This document shows, piece by piece, positions 20,369 to 30,587 of a stretch of 64,000 bases of DNA. Every line of letters begins with the position of its first letter. Position 1 is the stretch's first letter. The position numbers and the translations under genes are program-made. Source of the stretch: Promethearchaeota archaeon. Its GTDB lineage: Archaea > Asgardarchaeota > Lokiarchaeia > Sigyniarchaeales > SOKP01. The notes beneath the pieces are model-generated. The model was given only the letters and a program-made list of their open reading frames with translations. It made no database searches and had not been told where the DNA came from. The stretch spans positions 10,064 to 74,063 of the forward strand of contig JAFGOA010000071.1 of NCBI GenBank assembly GCA_016926735.1, read 5' to 3'.

Positions 20369-20765
20369 TTTATTTTAATTTTGGATTATTTAAATTCAAT
20401 ATATTTTTATCCCTAAAAATAAATAGGGACATAAGTTTTTAATATTTATTCTTTATTTATAAAGGGAAAAATTATTTTCATTTCTCTAGAAGGCTTTTTA
20501 TACAAAAAGTTATTGGAATCTATCAAATTTTATCATATTAAAAAATACAATATAAATAATTCTTTAAGAAATATACTTAATTTTAATATTTATTTATTTA
20601 TTTTTTTTTTCTAATATGAAGTTTTTATAATAATTAGGAATACATTGAAAAAATAAAAAATTATATCTAATTTTTTTTATATTCTATACTTTAAAAAAAT
20701 AGTTTATAAAGGATGGAGACCAAAAAATATATTATCTCTTAGTCAATTAACTAAAAAGATGATAT

Positions 20766-21254
20766 ATGAATGAAACAAGAATGGAAATAAATCCCTATGA
20801 TTATATAGAATATTTTGTGGGCCCAACTGCAAATATTGTAAGTATGGATAAAAATGGAAGATTAAATGTGATGGCACTATTATGGAAGCAGATTGGAGAA
20901 TTATGGCACGAACCAATAATAACTATAGCAGTATCTCCTTCAAGATATACTTTTACTCTTCTAACCGAAGGTGTAAGAGAATATACAATTAATATTCCTT
21001 CTAAAAAAATAATGAATTCTATAGAGATAACAGGTTCTCTATCAGGACGAGATATAGATAAATTTGAAAAGGCAAATTTAGAGACAATTCCTGGGGAGAA
21101 AACGCAAGTGCCAACACTTAAGGATTCTTTACTAAGTTATGAATGTGAAATTGTTCATGAGACCGAATCTGGAAATATGGCTCCTCACCACCTCTTTTTT
21201 GGAAGAATTCTAAAAGCTTATGCATCAAAAGAAATTCTGGAAAAAAAGAATTAA
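20766..21254 (+). CDS. Flavin reductase-like (DIM6/NTAB, flavoredoxin) protein
   Basis: 'G..NVM', 'P.I.IAV...RYT', 'INIP', 'G..SGRD.DKF', 'YEC', 'H.LFFG.I'. Confidence 0.88.
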   Translation: MNETRMEINPYDYIEYFVGPTANIVSMDKNGRLNVMALLWKQIGELWHEPIITIAVSPSRYTFTLLTEGVREYTINIPSKKIMNSIEITGSLSGRDIDKFEKANLETIPGEKTQVPTLKDSLLSYECEIVHETESGNMAPHHLFFGRILKAYASKEILEKKN

Positions 21255-21698
21255 TTAGCTTTTTTCAGAACAAGAACATTTTTTTGTATCTAAAATTAAT
21301 TCTCCACAAGGAGATCTTTCTGGATGCCGATATTTTTCACATATTTTATTAATTACATCACATGAAAAGAGAAGATTAAATTTTTCACTCTCAAGATGCG
21401 CTTCTTCTGCAGTTAGACCAAGCTCGTTAAACAATAAAATTTCTAATAATTGAGCATGACGGATTAACTCTTTGGCAAAATTGATACCTTTATCTGTCAG
21501 AGAAATTTCTTTATATTTTTCCCATTTCACATAATTCTGTTTTTCTAATCTTACAATGCAACTATCAATTGTTGAATATCGAATATTGCAATAATTCTTT
21601 GATACCAAAGCATTTTTAATCTCTTTTATTTTTGCAACTTTTTTATTTCGATAAATAATTTTTAATATTTTACAATCTAAATCCGCCATTTTTATCAA
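21255..21698 (-). CDS. DtxR/MntR-family metal-dependent regulator
   Basis: wHTH; 'LT.KG...A..LIRH..LLE.LL...LG....AH.E.EK'; 'HPE.SPCG'. Confidence 0.85.
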   Translation of the reverse strand: MIKMADLDCKILKIIYRNKKVAKIKEIKNALVSKNYCNIRYSTIDSCIVRLEKQNYVKWEKYKEISLTDKGINFAKELIRHAQLLEILLFNELGLTAEEAHLESEKFNLLFSCDVINKICEKYRHPERSPCGELILDTKKCSCSEKS

Positions 21699-21727
21699 TT
21701 ATTATTCTTTTTTCATAATAGTTATTA

Positions 21728-22495
21728 TTAATGAGTATGTGGTAAGATAAAAGTAATACTATACATCATAATAAATCCAAGGATTATTAATGATAATTGA
21801 GAGATAGTATGTTTTAACCCCCATTTTTTATGAAGTTCAGGTGTTAAATCTGAGAGGGCTATATATAAAAAACTTGCTGCCGAGAACGCAAGCATATAGG
21901 GAGTAATAAAGGTAAATGAATCGAAAATATAAAATCCAACTATAGCAGCTGGTATTGTTGTTGATCCTGATAATATATTATAGAGGAATGCTCTCTTCCT
22001 TGAATACCCACTATGTAATAAAATGCCAAAATCACCTGTTTCCTGAGGAATTTCATGTAATATCACAGCAAGCCCTGTTAAAAACCCAGTATTTAGATTT
22101 ATTAAAAAAGCAGCAGCAATCATCAACCCGTCTGTAAAATTATGAAAAGCATCGCCAATCAGAACGATTGGACCTGCTGCTTCATGACCATGGATTTCGC
22201 ATTCACTATCTTGGCATTTTCTCCAAATAATTATCTTTTCCAAAAAAAACAAAAAAATAATTCCAAAGAGTACAGTTATCATAACACTATTTTCATTATC
22301 ATGCTCTACTCCGTGTAGTGCTTCAGGTATTAAACCAATTAAGGCAGATGTAAGCAAAGTTCCGATTGCAAAAGAAATTAAAGAACTAATTAATTTTTTT
22401 TGACGATTATCATTAAACTTAGTGAAAATAGCAGCAGCACTTACAGCACCAATACTTCCTAAAATACTAAATAATATTATATACCAAAAAATCAT
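21728..22495 (-). CDS. ZIP-family divalent metal transporter
   Basis: 'LIPEA', 'GDAFHNFTDG', 'LHEIPQE.GDF'. Confidence 0.93.
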   Translation of the reverse strand: MIFWYIILFSILGSIGAVSAAAIFTKFNDNRQKKLISSLISFAIGTLLTSALIGLIPEALHGVEHDNENSVMITVLFGIIFLFFLEKIIIWRKCQDSECEIHGHEAAGPIVLIGDAFHNFTDGLMIAAAFLINLNTGFLTGLAVILHEIPQETGDFGILLHSGYSRKRAFLYNILSGSTTIPAAIVGFYIFDSFTFITPYMLAFSAASFLYIALSDLTPELHKKWGLKHTISQLSLIILGFIMMYSITFILPHTH

Positions 22496-22521
22496 TTTTG
22501 CTCATTCATTCTTTTCAAAAA

Positions 22522-22583
22522 AAAATTACGACTTAACGTAATTTTATGAAATAGACTATTTAAATATTACGAATGATCGTAAT
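22522..22583. promoter_or_regulatory. Two ATTACG-N6-CGTAAT palindromes flanking a TATA-like box upstream of the ZIP-DtxR operon
   Basis: AAAATTACG-ACTTAA-CGTAATTTT (22522-22545) and ATTACG-AATGAT-CGTAAT (22566-22583); TTTAAATA on the minus strand between them. Confidence 0.75.
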
Positions 22584-22678
22584 TTAATATCGATTAAAAT
22601 AAATATAATTAGTTAAAATTGATCAATAAGATTATTTTTTTAGGGGAATTTACAAAAATTATAAGCAATATAAAAAAA

Positions 22679-23293
22679 CTAAGAGTTTTTTTTTATCATT
22701 TCCACAAAAAATTCATGAATTCTTATATCATTACTTAGTTCTGGATGAAAAGATAATGCTATAATATTATTTTGTCTCACAGCAATAATTTTATCATCAA
22801 ACTTTGATAAGATATTGACTCCAGAATTAATTTTTTTAACAGTTGGAGCTCTTATGAAAATTCCTTTAAAAGGTTTATCTCCCAAAATAGAAATATTTAA
22901 ATCAGCTTCAAAGCTCTCCTTTTGAGCACCAAAAGTATTTCTTTCAGTAATCACATTTAATACTTTTAAGATAGGTTGATTAACAGGACCAACGATTCTA
23001 TCAGATACTTCATTTGACAGAAATACTAATCCAGCACAAGATCCTAAAGTAGGTATTCCATTAGAGATCATCTCTTTCAATTCATTAAATAATCCAACTT
23101 TCTCAGCTAAAATCCCAATTACTGTAGATTCTCCTCCAGGGATTATAATTCCATCAATATTATTTAGATCTTTTAATTGTTTTACTATTATTATTTTTCC
23201 ATCAGAAATATTTCGTTTATTAAATACCTCTTTTAAGATCTCTTCATGAAATCGTATATCTCCTTGTAATCCTAAAATTCCAATAACTAACAT
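22679..23293 (-). CDS. pdxT: Pyridoxal 5'-phosphate synthase glutaminase subunit (start at ATG 23293, MLVIG)
   Basis: 'LQGD..EH-like', 'IPGGEST', 'GSCAG', 'FIRAP', 'FHPEL'. Confidence 0.95.
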   Translation of the reverse strand: MLVIGILGLQGDIRFHEEILKEVFNKRNISDGKIIIVKQLKDLNNIDGIIIPGGESTVIGILAEKVGLFNELKEMISNGIPTLGSCAGLVFLSNEVSDRIVGPVNQPILKVLNVITERNTFGAQKESFEADLNISILGDKPFKGIFIRAPTVKKINSGVNILSKFDDKIIAVRQNNIIALSFHPELSNDIRIHEFFVEMIKKNS

Positions 23294-24231
23294 TATATAT
23301 CTGAACCTCTTGTCTCCCAACGCTCACTCGATGGTTTTGTTTCCATATCAATTCCACCCATTGCTTTATCTTCAGATACCATTTTTTGAGCTTTCAATAC
23401 AATTTCAGGATCATCCCAAAAACTTGTAGCTAAAACTACACTTTCGGCTCTTGATTGAGGATCAGTAGCTTTAAATATACCAGAACCAACAAAAATTCCA
23501 TCACACCCTAAACTCATCATAAATGCAGCATCTGCAGGAGATGAAATACCTCCAGCAGCAAAGATAGTGATTGGTAATCTTCCCATGTTTGCAGTCAATT
23601 GAATGATATCAAAACTTACTTTAAACTCTCGTGAATATTTAATTAACTCAGAGGGTTCATCTTTTGAGGCCGTAATCAATCTTAATTGTTCTTTTATTTT
23701 ATTAAAATGAACAATAGCATGTTTAACATCACCAGTACCCGGTTCTCCTTTAGAACGCAACATACTTGCTCCTTCTTCTATTCTTCTTAACGCACTTCCA
23801 AGATCCGTACATCCACATACAAAAGGTACTTTAAAATCATGCTTCCAAATATGATGTTCCGTATCTGCAGGTGTAAGTACTTCGCTTTCATCTATTGTAT
23901 CTACTCCAGCAGCCTCTAAAATACGAGCTTCACCAATATGACCAATTCTACATTTCATCATAATAGGGATTGAAATATGTTCACGAATCTCATCAAATAA
24001 TGTAACTGAAGCAGTTCTGGCAATACCTCCACTTTGTCTTATATCATAAGGTAATTTATCTAATAACATTACAGCTACAGCTCCAGCTTGTTCTGCTATT
24101 TGAGCTTGTTCTACATTAGTAACATCCATTATTACCCCCTTTTCTTGCATGTGGGGAAAGCCCTTCTTAACTAACCAAGTACTTTGGATTCTATCAATTA
24201 ATTTAACTTGACCTGCATTATAATCTAACAT
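23293..24231 (-). CDS. pdxS: Pyridoxal 5'-phosphate synthase lyase subunit
   Basis: 'GVIMDVTN.EQA.IAE.AGA.AVM', 'KCRIGH', 'DESEVLTPAD', 'FAAGG'. Confidence 0.97.
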   Translation of the reverse strand: MLDYNAGQVKLIDRIQSTWLVKKGFPHMQEKGVIMDVTNVEQAQIAEQAGAVAVMLLDKLPYDIRQSGGIARTASVTLFDEIREHISIPIMMKCRIGHIGEARILEAAGVDTIDESEVLTPADTEHHIWKHDFKVPFVCGCTDLGSALRRIEEGASMLRSKGEPGTGDVKHAIVHFNKIKEQLRLITASKDEPSELIKYSREFKVSFDIIQLTANMGRLPITIFAAGGISSPADAAFMMSLGCDGIFVGSGIFKATDPQSRAESVVLATSFWDDPEIVLKAQKMVSEDKAMGGIDMETKPSSERWETRGSDI

Positions 24232-24392
24232 CTTGATCTTTTTTTATATCTATTGTATTATTTAAAGATAAAATATGATTATTGTTATATTTTACTGTGA
24301 TATTAAATTATGAAAAAAAAGTAATTATATATAATAAATAATGTCTAAGGAAACAATAACAAAATTTTAGATTATTTTTATCATAATGTTAG

Positions 24393-24836
24393 TTATTCTA
24401 ATTCTAAGATAAAACCAAATTTTTTATTTTTATCAAATCCAAGTTTTTCATAGAGCATATGAGCTTGTATTCTATCTTTTGAGGATAACAAGATAATTTT
24501 ATAACAATTCTTATTTTTAGAATAGCCAATAACATAATTTAAAAGTGAGCTAGCATACCCCCTTTTTCTATAATCAGGATGTGTAATTACATTTTCAATC
24601 AAACTAAAATTTCTAGCACCTCTAGTTAAATTGGGGACGATTACAAGTACACAAGAAGTGATAATTTTATTATCATATTCGCCTACAAAGATATCAACCA
24701 AAGGATTTAGGAGACATTCATTCCAAATCTCTAAGATTTCATTATTTATGGTTTTAACTATCTCATTTGGATGTAAATATTTATACAAATCCAATATTTC
24801 TTGTAATTCATTTTCTTTAATCTTTCTAATTATCAA
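24393..24836 (-). CDS. GNAT N-acetyltransferase
   Basis: 'IENVITHPDYRKRGYA', 'CYKI.L', 'YEKLGF'. Confidence 0.9.
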   Translation of the reverse strand: MIIRKIKENELQEILDLYKYLHPNEIVKTINNEILEIWNECLLNPLVDIFVGEYDNKIITSCVLVIVPNLTRGARNFSLIENVITHPDYRKRGYASSLLNYVIGYSKNKNCYKIILLSSKDRIQAHMLYEKLGFDKNKKFGFILELE

Positions 24837-24950
24837 ATTAACTCATTTTTCAATTTTACAAATATAAAAATTATAATCATTTATTTTATGAAAAAATTTT
24901 CCAATTTTAAGAAATAAGGAGATTGATATAAAAAAAATAATAAAAATTAT

Positions 24951-25904
24951 TTAAAAATTTGAATAAACAATAAATTTCTTATCCGAACCAATTGAATATA
25001 TTTCAAAAGATTTACCTTTTTTAGTTTCACAAAACATCTGAATCATTGGAAATAAAAAGATTTTTGTTTCAATTTTCGTATCTTTATCTTTTTCATAAGT
25101 TTTATAATCTGTTCCAGCCATATTAATGGTTTTTTTAATGTTTTTATTCCAATAACCTAATGATGCTTCTGCTTTATTTGATAATTCTTTAAAATCATTA
25201 AATTTTATCCCTTCTACTTGGTCAATAAGCTGATGGAGATCTTTTTCAATTTCTTTTTCATATTTTGTCTTTGCACTACTATGCAATACTGGTTGACCAG
25301 AAACAACTCTTTTGAAAGGGACAGCTTTAATATTATATGTATAGAGGTTTTTACTACCATTACATTCTTTACAAGTTTCTTTAAAATTACCTATAGCAAA
25401 ACAATTATTACAAGGATATTCAAAATCTTTTTTTATTTTATTTTTTTCTTCATCTTCAAATACGGTTATTTTTGTAGAGATTTTTCCTTTTCCATCACAG
25501 GTTTTACATTTTGTTTCATGATAACCTCGACCATTACATTTTGGACAGGATTTGGTCTTTAATGTATTATAAAATGGAACTAATTCTTCTCCATCCCAAT
25601 TATCTTTTATAACATCTTTTTTAAAATTATAAAAAATAATTCTACTTACGCGATCTGCTTTTACGGTTTCTTCTTTTTCTCCTTCTTTAACAGGTTCAAT
25701 AGTTTTTTTGATAGCAAAATATATTGCTGCTTCTTTCATTGTATCTTTTACTGTTTCAGCAGCAGAAATAACATCTAACGAAAAAACAGCACCCTTTGTT
25801 CCAAATTGCTTTTCTAATCCTTTTTTATTCTTTCGATTTGTATCTTGCTTCCATTTTTCGAAAATATCATCTAAATTTGGAGTCTTTATAATAATATCTG
25901 GCAT
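24951..25904 (-). CDS. DnaJ-type CxxCxGxG zinc-finger protein without a J domain (SSUH2-like)
   Basis: CPKCNGRG, CKTCDGKG, CNNCFAIG, CKECNGS; no HPD motif. Confidence 0.65.
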   Translation of the reverse strand: MPDIIIKTPNLDDIFEKWKQDTNRKNKKGLEKQFGTKGAVFSLDVISAAETVKDTMKEAAIYFAIKKTIEPVKEGEKEETVKADRVSRIIFYNFKKDVIKDNWDGEELVPFYNTLKTKSCPKCNGRGYHETKCKTCDGKGKISTKITVFEDEEKNKIKKDFEYPCNNCFAIGNFKETCKECNGSKNLYTYNIKAVPFKRVVSGQPVLHSSAKTKYEKEIEKDLHQLIDQVEGIKFNDFKELSNKAEASLGYWNKNIKKTINMAGTDYKTYEKDKDTKIETKIFLFPMIQMFCETKKGKSFEIYSIGSDKKFIVYSNF

Positions 25905-26066
25905 ATTTCATCAATTTTATTATTGTATTATACTACTTATATTAGTATTTTTAGAATTTATCAATATATTTAAATTAAATATATTTATTTTAAGATAAAT
26001 AATTTTAAGTAGTTTGACTATATTTTTTATAATAAGAAAATAAAAATATAGAAGATTTTTAAAAAT

Positions 26067-26228
26067 ATGTCAGAAGAAGAAAAGCAATCAGTAGAATTCT
26101 TGCTACAATGGATTCAAAATGGAGGATTATCACAGTGGATTGAGCATTATTTAAATGAAGGAGATGAGGCAAAATTGAAAGAGATTAAGGGACTCTATGA
26201 TCAAATAAAACAGATTTTTGGATTCTAA
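26067..26228 (+). CDS. Small 53-aa protein missed by the ORF track
   Basis: MSEEEKQSVEFLLQWIQNGGLSQWIEHYLNEGDEAKLKEIKGLYDQIKQIFGF*; purine-rich coding-like composition; T-rich tract after the stop. Confidence 0.7.
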   Translation: MSEEEKQSVEFLLQWIQNGGLSQWIEHYLNEGDEAKLKEIKGLYDQIKQIFGF

Positions 26229-26695
26229 TCTTTTCTTATTATAATATTTTATGTTCTATTTGTTTTTAATTATATTTTTTATTATTAATTCAATTTAATA
26301 TAAAAAATCTATTTTAAGACAATAAAGAATTAATTATCATTCTCTGAAAGGGATGATTTTAATTCTTCGATTAATACTTTAAAAACTTGATACCATTCGA
26401 TTTTTTTAAAGAATTTATAAACCTCTATTCCATTAAATACATGAACTAATAGGTTATATTAATTCTAACATTCAAGGTTGTATTATATCCTTAATGTTTA
26501 TAATTTTAGACATATTCAATGTCAAAATAAAAATTAGAGAAAATTAAAAAGGGAAAGAACAATGAATAACAGTAATAATCTATAAAATTCATCCTATCTT
26601 TAAAGGGAATGGATTTTTTCGTATTAGTAATGGGAAAATCTTTAATCAATATCGCATTATATATCTAAAGCAACAAGATATAGTTTTTTTATAGG

Positions 26696-29365
26696 ATGAA
26701 AGTAATTCAAAAGGATTTTTTTATTGTTATTAATAGAGATTTAAAGAATAAAGTTGAGAATAAGTATAACGTTAATTTCTTTTATATTAAATCTCTAAAT
26801 AAATTAAAAAAAAAGTCCTTTTCTTATGTATCAAAACCTTTTTTTAATGGAATTATTATTTTGGGTTTAGATTTTAAGAATAAACTTTGTACCTTAAAAT
26901 TTGATAAGATCTCCCCTGATGGAGTTATAAATCCAATAGATCCAAAATTATTTAAAAAATTTTTGTTATCAGATTACAATAGATACGTAGCATTTTCTAG
27001 TTTGGATTCATTAGAATTACAGCCGTTTTTTGAAATGCTCAATAATTTACAATTTGAAAAAGAAAAGATTATAAAATTAACATTTTGTGAATATTGTTTA
27101 GAAAAAAGAGATTTCAAAATACTAAATAAAGGAAATCAGATTAGATCTTTAAATAATCAAATAATATGTTCAAGATGTGCAATGGACATTATATTACATC
27201 GTGCTGAAATAAGAAATCTTTTTTCAGCAAGTAAACTAAATCCAAAATTGAAAAATTTTTTTACACATCTTATTCTTAAATTTAAAGATGTAAAAAAGGT
27301 TATAGAAACGTTTAAACCTGACTTTAATCCAATTAAAAATGAAAATATTACATTATATGATATAGAAAAAGAAATACCAGTGAGTAAAAAATACTTAAAC
27401 ATTAATATTGAAGATCTTGAGCTTTCAGATCCTTTTAAGAAAAATCTCAGAAAAAATAATATAAAAACACTTTTACCTATTCAAGCAATTTCAATAGATA
27501 ATGGTCTTATATCTGAGAAATCAAATCAATTAATTATGGCTCCTACTTCTGGAGGAAAGACACTTATAGGAGAATTAGCAGGAATAAATAAATTAATTGA
27601 AAATCCAACTTCTAAGATGTTATATTTAGTTCCGATTGTTGCTTTAGCAAATATAAGAGATTTAGAATTTAAAAAAAAATATTCTGATTTAAAGTTAAGA
27701 ATAATGAAAAAAGTAGGAGAATCTCTTTTAGAAAAAAAGGATAATGAAAAAATCGAAGATTTGAATCAAGCAAATGTTATTGTAGCGACTTATGAAGCAA
27801 TTGATTATATTTTAAGAAGCGGTAATAAAGAAGTACTTGGAAATATTTCTACAATAATTATTGATGAGATTCAAACACTTATAGATCCAGAAAGAGGTTT
27901 TCTCCTTGATGGCTTCATAGCTAGATTAAAAATAATATTTGATAATGCACAGTATTTATATTTAAGTGCAACAATTGGAGAACCCGAAATTTTGGCAAAT
28001 AAACTAGCAAGTAAATTAATTCGTTATAGAAATCGACCTGTACCCATAGAAAGGCATCTCTTATTATGTCAAAATGATAATATAAAATTAAATTATATTT
28101 TTACACTAACAAAAGAAGCATTTTCAAAAAAATCAAAGTATGGATATAAAGGACAAACAATAATATTTACTCATGCCAGAAAAAAATGTGAATCTATCGC
28201 AAAAAATCTTAGAAATAAAGGATTAAACATAAGATCATATCACTCAGGATTAACAAATGAGGAAAGAAAGATAATAGAATTTGAATTTCAATCTCAAAAG
28301 ATTGCTGGAGTAGTATCTACAGCAGCATTAGCAGCAGGTGTTGATTTACCTGCGAGTCAAGTAATTTTTGAATCTCTTGCTATGGGGATTAAATGGCTTA
28401 CTGTAGCAGATTTTGAGCAAATGCTTGGTAGAGCTGGAAGACTCAAAAAACATGAATTAGGAAAGATATATCTACTCGTCCAACCAGAAAAGATATATAA
28501 TCCACGAATGGATACATCGGAAGAAAATATAGCTATTCGCCTTCTTAATGGTAAAATAAAAGATTTTGAATTAGAGCCAAATGAAGATAGATCACTTACA
28601 GAATTACTCGCATTTATATCAGTATATCCTAATGGAGTTTCTAAAGACCAATTAAATACCTTTTATAAATATTTAATTAATAGTGATTACGAACTAAATA
28701 TTTTAATAAATATGTTATTTGATAAAAAATTGATACAAAAATGGGAGGAAGACAAATTAAAGTGCTTTAAACTGGGAAATGCGATTGCTAAATCGTTTAT
28801 AACAATTGAAAAAAGTATTGAAATAATTAATATGATCAAAAAGAGAACTTATTCTATTAAAGAGATTGTATTAAATCTTAAATCTCTAAGAAATATATAT
28901 ATGTCTAAAAGTACTGTAGCAGATCTTTCAAAGAATGTAAATATGAAATATTTTTCTAATAATTTTTTTAGCGCAAGTATTTTGTCACTAATGGATGCAG
29001 AATATGTAAAGAAACGAAAAAAATTTTCTCAAGAATTTATAAATCTTGTAATAAAATGGACTAATGATATTTTTATTTGCTCCTGTAAAGATAAACCTTA
29101 TTGTGAATGTGGAAGATTAAATCTTGAAAAAATTATCCTTGAATTAAGAACTATAGATAATTTTTCAATTCAAGAAATTCATAATTATCTGGAAGAGAAT
29201 TATAGTATTTTAATATTTAAAGGTGATTTAATAGATTATTTCGATAATTTAATCTATTCATTTGAGAGCATTAAAAATATGGTAGAAGGAATAACAAATT
29301 TAGAAGAATCATATAAAAAAGAACTATTAGAGATTCCGTTAATTATAGAAAATATAAAAGGATAG
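26696..29365 (+). CDS. Archaeal superfamily II DEAD/DEAH helicase (COG1202-like) with a C-terminal Cys cluster
   Basis: APTSGGKT, IIDE, LSAT, YHSG, AAGVD.P, QMLGRAGR; CSC...CECG. Confidence 0.88.
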   Translation: MKVIQKDFFIVINRDLKNKVENKYNVNFFYIKSLNKLKKKSFSYVSKPFFNGIIILGLDFKNKLCTLKFDKISPDGVINPIDPKLFKKFLLSDYNRYVAFSSLDSLELQPFFEMLNNLQFEKEKIIKLTFCEYCLEKRDFKILNKGNQIRSLNNQIICSRCAMDIILHRAEIRNLFSASKLNPKLKNFFTHLILKFKDVKKVIETFKPDFNPIKNENITLYDIEKEIPVSKKYLNINIEDLELSDPFKKNLRKNNIKTLLPIQAISIDNGLISEKSNQLIMAPTSGGKTLIGELAGINKLIENPTSKMLYLVPIVALANIRDLEFKKKYSDLKLRIMKKVGESLLEKKDNEKIEDLNQANVIVATYEAIDYILRSGNKEVLGNISTIIIDEIQTLIDPERGFLLDGFIARLKIIFDNAQYLYLSATIGEPEILANKLASKLIRYRNRPVPIERHLLLCQNDNIKLNYIFTLTKEAFSKKSKYGYKGQTIIFTHARKKCESIAKNLRNKGLNIRSYHSGLTNEERKIIEFEFQSQKIAGVVSTAALAAGVDLPASQVIFESLAMGIKWLTVADFEQMLGRAGRLKKHELGKIYLLVQPEKIYNPRMDTSEENIAIRLLNGKIKDFELEPNEDRSLTELLAFISVYPNGVSKDQLNTFYKYLINSDYELNILINMLFDKKLIQKWEEDKLKCFKLGNAIAKSFITIEKSIEIINMIKKRTYSIKEIVLNLKSLRNIYMSKSTVADLSKNVNMKYFSNNFFSASILSLMDAEYVKKRKKFSQEFINLVIKWTNDIFICSCKDKPYCECGRLNLEKIILELRTIDNFSIQEIHNYLEENYSILIFKGDLIDYFDNLIYSFESIKNMVEGITNLEESYKKELLEIPLIIENIKG

Positions 29366-29391
29366 TATTTTGAAACGTAATAGGCATATTT

Positions 29392-30576
29392 CTAAATTGT
29401 ATGTATTTCAACAATATCCTTATCCTCTAAATCATAATCTAATCCAACCTTCTTTCTCTTTTGTCTGGCATTTTTTCTTATAACAACTGCAAAATCAAAT
29501 AATTCTAAAAAGGTTCTATGAATTTTGTAAGCAACATCTCTAATTTTAGCTTCTTTATTCAAGATTAAAGGTTTTTCAGCAACTTTACCAGAATTCATAG
29601 TATAAATTCTTATTTTTTCTAAAAGATTTAAAACCAGTTCTCCAAAATCTGAAGGAAAATTCTTTCTTACAACACTTGAAGCTATTATTTTAAATTTTTT
29701 AGAATATTTTTTTTTCAATATTTCGAAATTATCTTCTGTATGCGGAAGATCTCCTTTTGTACCAATAATTATTGCTTTTCTATATACTATAGAATGATTT
29801 AAACAATCTACTATTTGCTCTAAGTTTATTCTACCATATATTTTTACAATGCAATTATGAATACCATTTACTCTAATAATTTGTTTAATTTTATCTGATA
29901 ATTCCATACTTTCTTTAGATTCTTTTGTTAAAAATAAGATTTGAATATTATTTGATCCCGTTTTTTCGATATCTATTGAAGGAGGACATTCATTAATTTT
30001 AATATCACCATTACTTAATTCATCAAATAATAAATCAAGTTGTTCATTAATATCCCTCGATAAATCTACGCAAATAGCAATAAGATCACATGAACGAATT
30101 TGTGCAATTATCTCTTTTCCATTTCCTACACCTTTATATGCATTCCTCATAATAGAAGGCATGTCAACTATTTGAAATCTAATCTTTTCATAATTTAATA
30201 TCCCTATTTCTGGTAATGCATTAAAACTACCGATTTTTGTTTTTGCGGCATTTGTTAAATAATTAAGAAGTGAGGTTTTTCCTACACCAGGAATATGATA
30301 ATCACTTATTAGAATAATTTGAATACCCTCTTTCTTAATTGAAAAAGGACTAACAACTTTACTTATAGATTTTTGTTTTTTTTCCTCTAATTGCCTTTTA
30401 AGCTTCGCTAGTTTAGATTTATTCTGAGCAACAATGTTTTCGGTGGCTTTATGTTTTGGGACAATAGATAGAAATTCTTCGAGTCTTTTTATTTGCTCCT
30501 CTATTGTTCCAGCATCTAAATATTTTTGATATGCTGCTTGAGCTTCAGGTCCTATATTAGAAGACAAAATAATCAC
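29392..30576 (-). CDS. DRG/OBG-family GTPase-like protein with TGS domain; degenerate G motifs (likely start TTG, MSSNIG)
   Basis: 'PKHKATE', 'GVGKTS', 'QIVDMP', 'TKGD', 'IRIYT', 'KVGLDY.LED.DIVEI'. Confidence 0.82.
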   Translation of the reverse strand: MIILSSNIGPEAQAAYQKYLDAGTIEEQIKRLEEFLSIVPKHKATENIVAQNKSKLAKLKRQLEEKKQKSISKVVSPFSIKKEGIQIILISDYHIPGVGKTSLLNYLTNAAKTKIGSFNALPEIGILNYEKIRFQIVDMPSIMRNAYKGVGNGKEIIAQIRSCDLIAICVDLSRDINEQLDLLFDELSNGDIKINECPPSIDIEKTGSNNIQILFLTKESKESMELSDKIKQIIRVNGIHNCIVKIYGRINLEQIVDCLNHSIVYRKAIIIGTKGDLPHTEDNFEILKKKYSKKFKIIASSVVRKNFPSDFGELVLNLLEKIRIYTMNSGKVAEKPLILNKEAKIRDVAYKIHRTFLELFDFAVVIRKNARQKRKKVGLDYDLEDKDIVEIHTI

Positions 30577-30587
30577 TCTTTAGATCT

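Noticed and set aside
24951-25904. dnaJ assignment
   Set aside because: No J domain or HPD motif and no G/F region.
26330-26460. Coding-like fragment on the minus strand
   Set aside because: Interrupted by stops and too short to support a call.
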